Source: a virus. From it: a stretch of 64,000 nt of DNA. The stretch is from the IMG/VR virus record IMGVR_UViG_3300019360_000001; one strand, 5' to 3'. Below the pieces are notes generated by a model. That model did no database searches, had not been told where the DNA came from, and worked only from the letters and a program-made list of their open reading frames with translations. The translations under genes and the position numbers were made by a program. The first letter of the stretch is position 1; every line of letters starts with the position of its first letter. Positions 40,106-49,901 of the stretch are shown here, in pieces.

Positions 40106-40182
40106 AATAAATAGTAAATACATTGTTCATGATAATAACTTGAACATTCTTTTTTACAAATAAAGCACATAGTATTTTTCAT
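40102..40182 (-). CDS. 26-aa mini member, tag CIYYLL
   Basis: MKNTMCFICKKECSSYYHEQCIYYLL*, ATGA-coupled on both sides. Confidence 0.55.
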   Translation of the reverse strand: MKNTMCFICKKECSSYYHEQCIYYLL

Positions 40183-40400
40183 AAGATGTAATATACTCCC
40201 TGTGTCTTATTTCTGGCATTTTCTAGTAATTTTGCGGTTTTAATCTCTGATGAATATTGCCAAAAATTATCACAACATGTAATGCACATTTTCTGTATTT
40301 CATTGTTTAATACAAAACTGCAATATTTTATGACGTTTGTATAACAAAAAAAACATTTTCCTTCATCGCTAATATTATGACCAGTATGTCTATTTAGCAT
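40179..40400 (-). CDS. Cys-rich small protein, tag GVYYIL
   Basis: CFFC...CITC. Confidence 0.65.
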   Translation of the reverse strand: MLNRHTGHNISDEGKCFFCYTNVIKYCSFVLNNEIQKMCITCCDNFWQYSSEIKTAKLLENARNKTQGVYYIL

Positions 40401-40647
40401 AATATAACCCGGACATAAAAGTATTTTTTCTTTTTATGATATCTTCAATTGTCCAAGATAGTTTAATACATTTATCTATACATTTTTCACACATATAGTT
40501 ATAAAATTGATTGGCTTCGTGAAGACATAGTGAACATATTGGATCCTTTGGATCTAAAATACTTGTTAGATGTTTCCAACAACCTGTACAAAAAGGATAA
40601 TCCCATGTATAGGGAATGTTAATTTTACAATTGTTGCATTTATTCAT
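40390..40647 (-). CDS. Cys-rich small protein, tag GLYYAK
   Basis: CNNC, CTGC, CSLC, CEKC; ATGA-coupled to the vWA gene. Confidence 0.7.
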   Translation of the reverse strand: MNKCNNCKINIPYTWDYPFCTGCWKHLTSILDPKDPICSLCLHEANQFYNYMCEKCIDKCIKLSWTIEDIIKRKNTFMSGLYYAK

Positions 40648-42401
40648 TTGTTAGAAGTATTACAGATAATAGTAAATTCCCCTCCATTTAGTTTTCCTAA
40701 GTCAGATGACATGTCTCGGAGTTGATCTTTGGTTTGATAATGTCTTCCATGTCCATATCCGTAACTTAGATTAACTGGATCAGCAAAATAGATCGTATAG
40801 CATTTTTTATTAGTTTTATTAAATTCTTCAATCGCCGGAGGCGATATAGATGATAGTCCATCTGTGAACACAATAATAATATCTACTTCGTCTTCATTTA
40901 TTCTATTTATTGCATGCCTAACTATAATTTCAAAAGAAGTTCCATATCCGCCACGAACTTCTCCCTTCATAAACTTTTCCCAGTCTTCTATACCTTTTAC
41001 TTTTTCTGAGAAACAATATTTCCCATGGTAATTTCCCCCTGTAATTTCACATTCATCACAGTTATGAAAGAAATTTGCTATGTCTACCATATAAGGGATA
41101 AAAGCATGCATAGAAGGAGATGTATCAAAATAACAACAAATCTTTTTCTTATTTCCTTTTCTTTCTTCATTAAAATATAATGGGATTTGATCAGGTCCAC
41201 AAATATCTAGTACTATTAATTCAAACCCAGTTCTAGTTAAGTCTTTTGGAATAATATCTATGGTAGTTGATGTTTTAATTTCGGCATAAATAGTATCAAT
41301 GGCACTTTCTATTAACTTTTCTGTTTGCCATTTAGATATAAACTCATTTAACCCTTGATCTTCTGCACTCGCCGGAGTAAAAATATATTTGTCAAATATT
41401 GCATTTGGATTATTATAATTACTAAATCCATCTCCTTTTATTATTTTGGCACCATCAACTTCTTCTTTTATTGTTTTTTTATCGTTAGCTCTTACACCAT
41501 TCATTCCTCCACGAAATAGGACATCGTCTATTTCATCGTCTTTCATTCTTTCAAATGGAGTAGATGTATTTGCATCGTTTGTGTCATGGCTATCATCCTC
41601 ATCTTTTTCTGTTGGTTTATTTTCTTCTTTAGATTGATTTTTCCCATCTTCTGATTCTTGAGAACCAGTATAGTTTGTTTTTTCTTTGCCATCTGATCTA
41701 TACCCATCTTTTATCCACTCATACATTTCTTCTATTTTCTTTTTGTCTTCTGGATTTAGCAACGAAGACATTTTATTATATAGTAATAGCGGATCTGGTA
41801 TGTATGCATTAAATTCACTTGGATTTTTAGCCTCTGCACAAGTCGTATTTACTCGTGTTCTTACATAGTTTCCGTTCTCTGTTCGGGTTACCTTTTCGAC
41901 TTGTGTTAGGTATATTTCATCAAATATTTTTTGCACCCTATTAGGCAACTCATTTCTCTCTCTCATTAAAATAGATGGATTCATTACACAATAAAGCCCT
42001 TTTGTTCTTGATTCTTCTGTTGGAAACAAGAAATTGCCAAGCTTTATCATACCTCTTGGATTACATAAAAACAAAATTTTATTAATTGCGGCATCTAATG
42101 CAAAATTTATTAGTGCCTTATTAGTCGCTCCTCTAATATTCCTGTACATCGCTTTGTGCAACATTTCATGCCGCAAAACTAGTACAAGTAAATTTACAGG
42201 CAAAGACTGTAATATATTTGCAGAAAATAGAATTTTTTCTCGCTTAGAAACTGGATCAAAGATCCAACAAGCCGTTTGGCATCCATCTGGCATTCTATCA
42301 GAATAATCAACAATGGAACTATAAGTAACCCAGTTTAAGCCAGATTTAACTATTACTCTGGTTAGTTTATTTCGTAGTTTTCTTTCATTAGATGTTAACA
42401 T
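40644..42401 (-). CDS. HExxH metallopeptidase-like plus vWA domain protein
   Basis: LRHEMLH...N.A.D..IN, acidic linker, MIDAS DTSPSM, GYGT and VFTDG. Confidence 0.85.
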   Translation of the reverse strand: MLTSNERKLRNKLTRVIVKSGLNWVTYSSIVDYSDRMPDGCQTACWIFDPVSKREKILFSANILQSLPVNLLVLVLRHEMLHKAMYRNIRGATNKALINFALDAAINKILFLCNPRGMIKLGNFLFPTEESRTKGLYCVMNPSILMRERNELPNRVQKIFDEIYLTQVEKVTRTENGNYVRTRVNTTCAEAKNPSEFNAYIPDPLLLYNKMSSLLNPEDKKKIEEMYEWIKDGYRSDGKEKTNYTGSQESEDGKNQSKEENKPTEKDEDDSHDTNDANTSTPFERMKDDEIDDVLFRGGMNGVRANDKKTIKEEVDGAKIIKGDGFSNYNNPNAIFDKYIFTPASAEDQGLNEFISKWQTEKLIESAIDTIYAEIKTSTTIDIIPKDLTRTGFELIVLDICGPDQIPLYFNEERKGNKKKICCYFDTSPSMHAFIPYMVDIANFFHNCDECEITGGNYHGKYCFSEKVKGIEDWEKFMKGEVRGGYGTSFEIIVRHAINRINEDEVDIIIVFTDGLSSISPPAIEEFNKTNKKCYTIYFADPVNLSYGYGHGRHYQTKDQLRDMSSDLGKLNGGEFTIICNTSNK

Positions 42402-42410
42402 GTAAATTCC

Positions 42411-43679
42411 TTAAAAAGATAGTGGGGCCAAATTGGCCTCTTCGTTTTTAGCGTATTCAAATAGCCGCAATTTTGCGGCATATTCTGCTTGGCGGCACAA
42501 ATCAGCACTCTTAATAGCCTTATGCAATTCGACTAAATCCTTTACTTCTTCTTCTTTTTCATCGTTTATTTCATTGATGATGTTACCTAACATATTAACT
42601 CGATCTGCATAGTCAAATCGTTCTTTAATAGGTTTTAGATACTTAGAAACAGATTTAATACGATCACCAACAGATCCTGTATTTACCGAAATACTAATTC
42701 GTGCCATAAGAGAATCTCCGTCTATTAAGAGGTCCTTAAGTGTTTCAAATAATGGCCTAGTTTTATCTGAGTTAAATCCAAGTTTGGATGCAATAGAATA
42801 TTGAATCGCATCCCATGCTCCGCTTTCAAGATATTCTGTATCTTGCATTACATGTTTATAATAAGCTGCCACAGAAACAAGCAGCGGAACAAACTGGTTG
42901 CTAATTTGCCTAAAAGATATTTCTATCTTATTAGATCCGGCAGTCTTATTAAATTCTTTCACGTTAGCTAGCAACGTAGAAAAGAATTTTGCCGTAAAAT
43001 CATTAATATTTGTCATTAATTTTTTATTGTTCCATATTTCATCGTATGTTTCTCTGACCTTATTTACCGTATCAAAAAGTTTTGTATTGTTTTCTGCAAT
43101 GTTTTCGTCCCTTTTCCCCTGATTTAATTCAATCATCTTGGAAATTTCCTCAACCCCAACAATATTACTTTTGTTATGAGTAGAGGGAACAGGAATTACC
43201 GCAAAAAATCTGTCAAGAAGTGCGGCATCAAGTTTATAGGCTCCCTTATACGTTTCTTCGTTCGCAGTTGCGATCACGAATTTATACTTTAAGGGAATTC
43301 CAAAAACTGTTCTCTCCTCAAGAATTTCTAAAACCATATTCCCTGTTTCTCTAGGGGCTCTAGTAATTTCGTCCATCATTATTACATCTGCATTGCACAC
43401 GCTTCTTTCATGTGTTGCATAAGTAATTTTGCCCTTTTTAATGTCTTCTGGATTAGGACATCCTACCATCGAGAGAAGATTTTCCTTGGACATTTCATAT
43501 TTAATGAACCTATAATTCGGATCATTGCCAGAAAGTGCGGCTGACACAAATCTCGCTACCGAACTTTTGCCACATCCGTGTGACCCAAGTAATAGGAAAT
43601 TATTTCCTCTGGCAAGACATGCTATGATAATAGGCTCTAGATTATGCCATCCATAAATATAATTGTTAAGGTGACTCAT
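42411..43679 (-). CDS. MoxR-family AAA+ ATPase
   Basis: GSHGCGKS, MMDEITRA, LEILEER, ATAN, LDAALLDRF and ISFR motifs. Confidence 0.9.
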   Translation of the reverse strand: MSHLNNYIYGWHNLEPIIIACLARGNNFLLLGSHGCGKSSVARFVSAALSGNDPNYRFIKYEMSKENLLSMVGCPNPEDIKKGKITYATHERSVCNADVIMMDEITRAPRETGNMVLEILEERTVFGIPLKYKFVIATANEETYKGAYKLDAALLDRFFAVIPVPSTHNKSNIVGVEEISKMIELNQGKRDENIAENNTKLFDTVNKVRETYDEIWNNKKLMTNINDFTAKFFSTLLANVKEFNKTAGSNKIEISFRQISNQFVPLLVSVAAYYKHVMQDTEYLESGAWDAIQYSIASKLGFNSDKTRPLFETLKDLLIDGDSLMARISISVNTGSVGDRIKSVSKYLKPIKERFDYADRVNMLGNIINEINDEKEEEVKDLVELHKAIKSADLCRQAEYAAKLRLFEYAKNEEANLAPLSF

Positions 43680-44767
43680 GCTTGCTCCTTTTTGGTATTA
43701 TTATTAAAAGTTAACGAATTAATAACATTATCTATTAAATCACCGTCGAATGCGGAAATAGCAATGGGAGACGTTTCTAGAACTGTATACATCATTTGTG
43801 CAATATCATCTGTTGTATTTTCCACTATACTGGCAAATATTTCAGTGGAAGTTGGATCTTTGGAATAGGTTGATATTATCTTCATGTTTGCCGCATGGGT
43901 CAATATCCAGTCCATCGGCATCATATCTAATCCGCTAGAAATATTTCTATTAATAGCAGTGATTTTTAGATGGTATGCTTTATTTATTTTTTCTTTAGTG
44001 TCGGCATATTTGATAGCCAATGTCTTCAAACATTCAGACAAAGTTTCTACTTTCGTAGCATTTCTTTTCCTAGTCCCAAAAAACCTCATCATTCCTTCAA
44101 TTGTCAGTTGAGGAATTATTTTATAGCTAATTTGTTTCCTCAATTTAGAAGAATCAGTTTCAGAAATACCATGAACCTCATAATAAGGGAACATTCTGCC
44201 AGGAATATTCATCCTATTAATGATTTTGGTTTCATATTTTTCTATGCCTTCTATTGGCATAATAATCGTTTCTACGGGATTTGAGAATAGTAAGTTTGTT
44301 GTTTTTGTTGTGTTTTTTGATACGTCTTTGATATTTAATGCAAACTCTTCTCCAGAAATATCAAGCGTATAATCTTGTTTATTGTAAGTATATTTTGAAT
44401 CATTTTTTAAAAATGTAAATAATTCAGTAGTGTCTATGGCTTTGTCTTTATTTTTATATCTAGAAACAATAGAATTAAACTCATTAAGAGGATGTTCTTT
44501 TGACTTTACAGAAATCTCCTCTTCTATTTTTGTCAAATTATCTATAGTCAATATTTGACTATCTTTGACCAAGATGAACAATGGATGGTCTGGAAACTGT
44601 CGTAACCATGTAAACTTTGGAATATCAATATTAACAAAACGGGGAAGACTATCAGGATCTTTGCTTGGTAAGTTGCCCGATAAATCAGAAGATTTTATTT
44701 TTAGTATTTTAAAATCTTTCTCATTCATCAAAACATCGCCACGGACGTTCGACATCGTAAACAGCAT
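43676..44767 (-). CDS. Hypothetical protein, first large gene of the MoxR operon
   Basis: SD AAAGGAG; ATGA-coupled to the ATPase. Confidence 0.7.
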   Translation of the reverse strand: MLFTMSNVRGDVLMNEKDFKILKIKSSDLSGNLPSKDPDSLPRFVNIDIPKFTWLRQFPDHPLFILVKDSQILTIDNLTKIEEEISVKSKEHPLNEFNSIVSRYKNKDKAIDTTELFTFLKNDSKYTYNKQDYTLDISGEEFALNIKDVSKNTTKTTNLLFSNPVETIIMPIEGIEKYETKIINRMNIPGRMFPYYEVHGISETDSSKLRKQISYKIIPQLTIEGMMRFFGTRKRNATKVETLSECLKTLAIKYADTKEKINKAYHLKITAINRNISSGLDMMPMDWILTHAANMKIISTYSKDPTSTEIFASIVENTTDDIAQMMYTVLETSPIAISAFDGDLIDNVINSLTFNNNTKKEQA

Positions 44768-45013
44768 TTAAATCTCCTTTATTAAATTAAACAAAACTCT
44801 TGTACCCACATTTTACACAAACGTAAACATTTTCTCTAGTTCTTTTTGAATAATAACAATGGGCGAAAGAATGTTTACAGTCTGTTGGGTTTAAAATAAC
44901 CCCTTTCTTTTCTCCTGCTTCCCTGTCCTTGCCCCTGTTTTTATTTTTATCTTTGGGCAAAAATTCTCCTTGTTTAAAAAGGTTTGGGATATGGTCTCGG
45001 ACGCCTAACCGGA

Positions 45014-45042
45014 ATTATACCATGGTGCGTCGATTCTGTCAA
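45014..45042 (-). promoter_or_regulatory. Consensus sigma70 promoter
   Basis: TTGACA-17 nt-TATAAT with extended TG. Confidence 0.85.
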
Positions 45043-45051
45043 CCTCATGTA

Positions 45052-45273
45052 CTAGTCCAAATCATAAGTAACTATTTCAAATTTAATACTGGTTATATCT
45101 AAACCAATAATAACAAAGTCTAATCTACCTTTTGTTCCAGTAACTAAATCTTCTACTAGTTTCTTGGCTTTGTTTTCTTTAGAAACTATTTTTATAATAT
45201 GGGCTGTTTTTGCCCCGCTATTATATTCTATTATCTGCTTTATTAAGAAAACTTTTTTGGTCTTAAAAAACAT
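45052..45273 (-). CDS. Hypothetical protein
   Basis: SD AAGGA upstream. Confidence 0.55.
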   Translation of the reverse strand: MFFKTKKVFLIKQIIEYNSGAKTAHIIKIVSKENKAKKLVEDLVTGTKGRLDFVIIGLDITSIKFEIVTYDLD

Positions 45274-45281
45274 ATTAGTCC

Positions 45282-45488
45282 TTATAAGTTATAATAAATA
45301 CCATTATAATTTTTTTTGGATATTGTTCCATTTTCTATTAGCTCTGAAAAAAATTTTTCTGTCCTTTTATAGATATATAGTTTGTTAGCAATATCAACAA
45401 AATGAACTAATCCATTTTTGCAGTTAGTTATAACAAATAGACGTTCACCATATAAATATTTAAAAACAGTTCCAACTGGGTAATTCAT
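45282..45488 (-). CDS. Small SH3-like protein, tag GIYYNL
   Basis: YPVGTVFKY...; shared C-terminal motif. Confidence 0.65.
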   Translation of the reverse strand: MNYPVGTVFKYLYGERLFVITNCKNGLVHFVDIANKLYIYKRTEKFFSELIENGTISKKNYNGIYYNL

Positions 45489-45718
45489 CGGACGAAATAA
45501 AGCCCTACATAAAAGCTGCGAGAAATCATTTCTTTTTCAAAGAAACTTGCATGCTTTCCCAAACAATCAGTGCAAGTATACCATCCTGGTTTGTTTTTAC
45601 AATTTTTACCTGGACATCTTTTTTTATATTGTTTATAAGCACACATTACTTCAAGGCATTTGCCACAATAAACTTGTCCTATTCTTAGCTTTTCTTTAAA
45701 GCACATTGTACATTTCAT
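45485..45718 (-). CDS. Cys-rich small protein, tag GLYFVR
   Basis: CTMC, CGKC, CPGKNC, CTDC. Confidence 0.7.
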   Translation of the reverse strand: MKCTMCFKEKLRIGQVYCGKCLEVMCAYKQYKKRCPGKNCKNKPGWYTCTDCLGKHASFFEKEMISRSFYVGLYFVR

Positions 45719-46272
45719 ATTAAATTCTTCGCCGAAATTAGATTGGCAATAGTTTTTTCTTGTAAAGTTTTGTCATGAAAACTTCTAAGCAAATAAGATG
45801 GATGGAAAATAGGTACAAAAGTTTGGCCAAAATCTGTATGTGTCAAACTTAGGCCTATTGATTTTGTGATTTTATAATTTGGGAAAAATATATTTAATGC
45901 AACTGCCCCAACTAATATTATAACATTTGGCTTAATTATGTCTATTTGCGCTCTAAGAAAAGGAAAGCATTTTTGAATTTCATCATTTGATGGCTTTCTA
46001 TTTTCAGGAGGACGACACCTGACGCTATTAGCTATAAAAACATCTTTTCTTTGAATGTCTGCCTTTTCCAGTAGATTATTTAATAACTGTCCGGACCTGC
46101 CCACGAAAGGAATGCCGGATTGCGACTCTGAGGCACCCGGAGCCTCTCCTATTAGTATAATTTTTGCCATAGGATTGCCATCCCCCGGAACCGAAGTTAT
46201 TCCTTTAGATTTAAATAAAGGACATAAGGCGCAGGAATGAATTTGGCTTGCAATTTCTTCTAATGTTTGCAC
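45715..46272 (-). CDS. Uracil-DNA glycosylase family 4
   Basis: C..C.L, IGEAPG..E, PFVGRSG, CRPPENR and HPSYLLR motifs. Confidence 0.95.
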   Translation of the reverse strand: MQTLEEIASQIHSCALCPLFKSKGITSVPGDGNPMAKIILIGEAPGASESQSGIPFVGRSGQLLNNLLEKADIQRKDVFIANSVRCRPPENRKPSNDEIQKCFPFLRAQIDIIKPNVIILVGAVALNIFFPNYKITKSIGLSLTHTDFGQTFVPIFHPSYLLRSFHDKTLQEKTIANLISAKNLI

Positions 46273-46604
46273 TATAGCTCTAATGTATAAGAGAATTTAT
46301 CTTCTTTCTTATAACATTTAAGATTTTTTATTTTCTTTAATAAAGGCTCTAGTGGCTCTTTTCTAAGAATTTCATAAGCAATTTTTTCTATGGCCAAAAT
46401 AGTGATAGGATGACAACGTAAAACAACTAAATTTTTTATGTCTTTTCGATTAACGAAATCATTTTCCATGTATTCGTTTTCAGAAAATCCAGCATTCCAA
46501 ATCTTAATGACAACCATTTCTTTGGTTTCAATTACATCGGCTTTTCCCATGCCGAAACTATTATATTCATTGATAAAAGTTAATATTCTGTCAAGTGTGT
46601 TCAT
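46272..46604 (-). CDS. Hypothetical protein
   Basis: ORF with W.AG.SENE motif. Confidence 0.55.
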   Translation of the reverse strand: MNTLDRILTFINEYNSFGMGKADVIETKEMVVIKIWNAGFSENEYMENDFVNRKDIKNLVVLRCHPITILAIEKIAYEILRKEPLEPLLKKIKNLKCYKKEDKFSYTLEL

Positions 46605-46607
46605 TGT

Positions 46608-46896
46608 TTATCCCATAATTATACTAAGTTTATTTGTTAACTCATTTAAAACAGGATTTTCTCTGCCAAAACGTCTATTAAAAATACCAATTAAATTATA
46701 GGCTCTTTCTCTATTTTTTGCCTTTTTTCTGGATCTGCATTTTCATTATTGTCAATCATGTCGGCCAATTTAATAAGCACTGGTTTTTTTGGCACAATTT
46801 CATTATCAAGTCTTTTTATGGCATCAATTTTATTTTCGTCTTTCCTTAGTGTAAGTGCCCTGCAAAATTTACGGCCGTTAATAGATTATTACTCAT
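46608..46896 (-). pseudogene. Decayed HD-domain (SpoT-hydrolase-like) gene
   Basis: Fragments in different frames: MSNNLLTAVNFA, then ALTLRKDE...VLIKLADMIDN, then a C-terminal helix. Central HD core is missing. Confidence 0.5.
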
Positions 46897-47051
46897 TTGT
46901 TTTCTCCTTGGCGTTTTTTATTTCCGACTCTAAAAGCTCTATAAAAAATTGCCAGTGTTCCTTTTTAATTGCATCATTTTTTTGCATTGTATCAACTGCT
47001 CTTCTTATAAAAATCTTTACAGCTTCAAATGGATGTTGCGAAAACGGAGCA

Positions 47052-47294
47052 TTAGATCTCATAGTATATTCCTTTTGTCAATAAACTAGGATCTATTAAA
47101 TCAATTTCATCTAAAGTATATCCGTGGCTATGACAACAATAAACAATAGTTAGGTTTTTGCAGCCTTTAACTGGACATTTTTTAAAAGTTCTAGAAAAGA
47201 AGGCCATTTTATTTAAACAATTTCTACAAAACGTATTAGAACTACGTTCTCCGCAGCATCCTTTAACTTTACATTTATTCATTTTTAAAAACAT
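47052..47294 (-). CDS. Cys-rich small protein, tag GIYYEI
   Basis: CKVKGC, CRNC, CPVKGC, C..H. Confidence 0.7.
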   Translation of the reverse strand: MFLKMNKCKVKGCCGERSSNTFCRNCLNKMAFFSRTFKKCPVKGCKNLTIVYCCHSHGYTLDEIDLIDPSLLTKGIYYEI

Positions 47295-47571
47295 ATTTTG
47301 GTAATGACATTATTGCACTAATCCAATCCTTGTTATTTTTTTTCTTATTTGATGTAAAAAGATCAGAAATAATATTATCCCAAGGTTTGGCTGTATAATT
47401 AAATATAACCTCACAATGTTCAAAAAAAACTGTATTATAATAAATCTTAAATTCAACATTAAATTCTTTCTCTAGAAAATTTTTCGCTTCTTCTACAGAA
47501 GAAAAATCTTTTACTATGTTATCTACTTTTAAATTTTTCCAAAATCCTTTAATATGCATTCTTTGCTCCAT
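47275..47571 (-). CDS. Hypothetical protein
   Basis: ORF in operon. Confidence 0.5.
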   Translation of the reverse strand: MEQRMHIKGFWKNLKVDNIVKDFSSVEEAKNFLEKEFNVEFKIYYNTVFFEHCEVIFNYTAKPWDNIISDLFTSNKKKNNKDWISAIMSLPKYVFKNE

Positions 47572-47684
47572 TACATATTTTTGGCTTAATTCTTTTCCGC
47601 CAACATTTGATTAACACCAACAAACCACCTACAATTAAGGATAAAACTTCTAAAGTAAACCCACAAATACATGCAATTATCATT

Positions 47685-48056
47685 TTATATATTTTTTGCC
47701 TGATAAAATTCTTTTGGTGTCATTTCAGTTCTTTCTTTTCGTTCATCGCTATTGGACCAAATTGGACCATCTACAAAAACACGAATTAATTTGGCTCCAT
47801 TAGCGAACCTCATCCTACGACGTTTATTAAAAGGCTTATAGATTATATTTTCACAGCCAGTTCCTCTACAAGTAATACAAACCCTGGCTTGTCCTCGGCC
47901 TTCTGCAAATCCTGCATACAGTCCAGTTCCATGACAATTAGAGCATTCAGCCTTTACTTCCAATTCTATGTTCTTTTTAGACATTATTATAGTTCGCTCT
48001 ATATACACCATAATATCAAATTCATAATGTATATTTACCTCATTTCTTTGTGCCAA
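47685..48056 (-). CDS. DnaJ-type CxxCxGxG Zn-finger protein
   Basis: CSNCHGTG and CITCRGTG. Confidence 0.65.
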   Translation of the reverse strand: MAQRNEVNIHYEFDIMVYIERTIIMSKKNIELEVKAECSNCHGTGLYAGFAEGRGQARVCITCRGTGCENIIYKPFNKRRRMRFANGAKLIRVFVDGPIWSNSDERKERTEMTPKEFYQAKNI

Positions 48057-49556
48057 TTACATTTTTTTAGCATAATCTGACAGCAAAAATTCTTTTCCGT
48101 GCAATTTAACAATCATTCTTCCCAATCTTTCACTCCATCTTTCTACAGAGGGCTTAATAACAATTCCTTCTCTATTATGGCAACCATTACCGATTATTGT
48201 TGGGCCATCTGCTAGTTGTTCTACTTGTTCAAATGATATTAATGGGCCACGATAGATTATTGGAACCGAATTAAATTCTAATTTATCGAAAATAAACTTA
48301 GCATCATCATAGTTTAAGTATTTTCCCTTCGTAATATCAAAGATATCAAAAAATGCTACTTTACATAAATTTGGATGACCATAATGGTATTTGTTTCCTG
48401 CTTGAGTTTTACCATATAGCTCGCCAAAAAACAAGAGATTAGGATAATTTGCTAATTTTTCCCCAATATTATTTTCTCTAGCCCACTTAGACCATTCATT
48501 ATTGTCTTCGTTTTCCTTAGCTAGTCTATGAGAACCCACCCATAAATCATTATCCACGTATGAAAATCTAGCGTTGGAATTATGTACCAAAATATCTGGA
48601 CAAAAGAAATTATTAGTTTCGGTTTCTATATCATATTTACTAGATTTTATTTTATATGTAACATCTGTTATGGATATAATTTCTTGTTCTATTGTAATTC
48701 TTTTGTATTCTAACTGTATAGGCGTGAGCGATAAATCATTTCTTATGCCAGATACTTTATCATTAACATTTAAATCTTTTAATTCTTTATATGAATCAAT
48801 ACTAGGACAATAAAATTTATGATTTGGTGTTGCAACTACCTTGGAAAATGAATTTCCCTTCCCCAATCCTCTTCTTTTAGTTTTTATTTCAAGCCATTTA
48901 TTACATTTTCCATTATTAAATGTATTTAAAACCTTAGATGGAATGATGTTTCTATTATTATCTTGTCCTAAAACATATTCTCCTATTTTTATTTTATTAA
49001 TAGGTTTACTTGTTCCATCTGCCATCCTTATTCTTTGATTAGATTTTAAACATCCATGGATTTTTTCTGTAAAAATAACCTCTTCTCCAAGAGTGAATTC
49101 TTTAATATATTTTCTAGCACTTTCAATATCTGTGTACAATGAGAACCATGCTGGACTTTTTCTATTTTTGCCACTCATATTGCAAGGTTCTACCGGATCA
49201 GGAGACTTAACAGCTCCTAGAATTTCGGCAACATTAGTCCCAACTTCTTTATCTTCTAGGCCAAATAATTTGACTGGCATTATAATTCCCATAGAAAATA
49301 TCCCACGTAGCTTTTTGGCCTTGATAGTTCTTTGTCGTTCGCTTGGATTTTCTCTGTTTTGCCAAATAAATGCAAATTCTGGCTTAATTGGCAACATTGC
49401 ATCAACTGGGAAATATATTGCTTTGTCACCTTCTTGAAATTCACCTAGTTTGAATATTACAGGGAATTGATATACATGAGTAATTCCAAGAGTATCAGCT
49501 TCGGGATGTTTGCCCCATTTCCCTACTTTAATTATCTCAACTATTAATGTACTCAT
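48057..49556 (-). CDS. ATP-dependent RNA ligase (DRB0094/Rnl5-like) with intein
   Basis: N-terminal OB domain (HPEADTL...GDKAIYFPVDA...KLRGIFSMG), motif I TEKIHG/SN, FGELYG, FFDI and REGIVIK. Confidence 0.88.
   Translation of the reverse strand: MSTLIVEIIKVGKWGKHPEADTLGITHVYQFPVIFKLGEFQEGDKAIYFPVDAMLPIKPEFAFIWQNRENPSERQRTIKAKKLRGIFSMGIIMPVKLFGLEDKEVGTNVAEILGAVKSPDPVEPCNMSGKNRKSPAWFSLYTDIESARKYIKEFTLGEEVIFTEKIHGCLKSNQRIRMADGTSKPINKIKIGEYVLGQDNNRNIIPSKVLNTFNNGKCNKWLEIKTKRRGLGKGNSFSKVVATPNHKFYCPSIDSYKELKDLNVNDKVSGIRNDLSLTPIQLEYKRITIEQEIISITDVTYKIKSSKYDIETETNNFFCPDILVHNSNARFSYVDNDLWVGSHRLAKENEDNNEWSKWARENNIGEKLANYPNLLFFGELYGKTQAGNKYHYGHPNLCKVAFFDIFDITKGKYLNYDDAKFIFDKLEFNSVPIIYRGPLISFEQVEQLADGPTIIGNGCHNREGIVIKPSVERWSERLGRMIVKLHGKEFLLSDYAKKM
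48579..49052 (-). mobile_element. Mini-intein (158 aa) in RNA ligase motif I
   Basis: KIHG/CLKSNQRI...TPNHKF...KYDIETETNNFF..ILVHN/SNARF. Confidence 0.9.
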
Positions 49557-49598
49557 ACTTTTTTACCTCTATCATTTTGTACTCTTTTTGGTTTGAAT

Positions 49599-49868
49599 TC
49601 ACATCCTTAGCCTTTTTTCTCTGTTATGATTGTTTTCCATGTAATTTTTAGCGGTTTGTAATAGTTGAATTAATTCATCTATCCAAAATGATGAAAAAGA
49701 CGATTTATTAAACCAATTGTCATCATCTTCACAGTCAATTTCTACTGCTATATGCATGTCCCCATCTTTTCTGTTTCTAGGGCGCAAACATATTCTGTGA
49801 GCTGTTCCTTCAAACTTTATAACTGACTCATCAAAATCTTGAGATGAACTTGGCATATTATTTTCCAT
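49599..49868 (-). CDS. Hypothetical protein
   Basis: ORF. Confidence 0.5.
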   Translation of the reverse strand: MENNMPSSSQDFDESVIKFEGTAHRICLRPRNRKDGDMHIAVEIDCEDDDNWFNKSSFSSFWIDELIQLLQTAKNYMENNHNREKRLRM

Positions 49869-49901
49869 TTTATGTTGTCAGCTTATTTCCAAACAAAGCA
49901 A

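Noticed and set aside
44900-44960. Polypyrimidine tract as a regulatory element
   Set aside because: It is explained by a 57-aa minus-strand ORF (MPKDKNKNRGKDREAGEKKG...) with a good SD.
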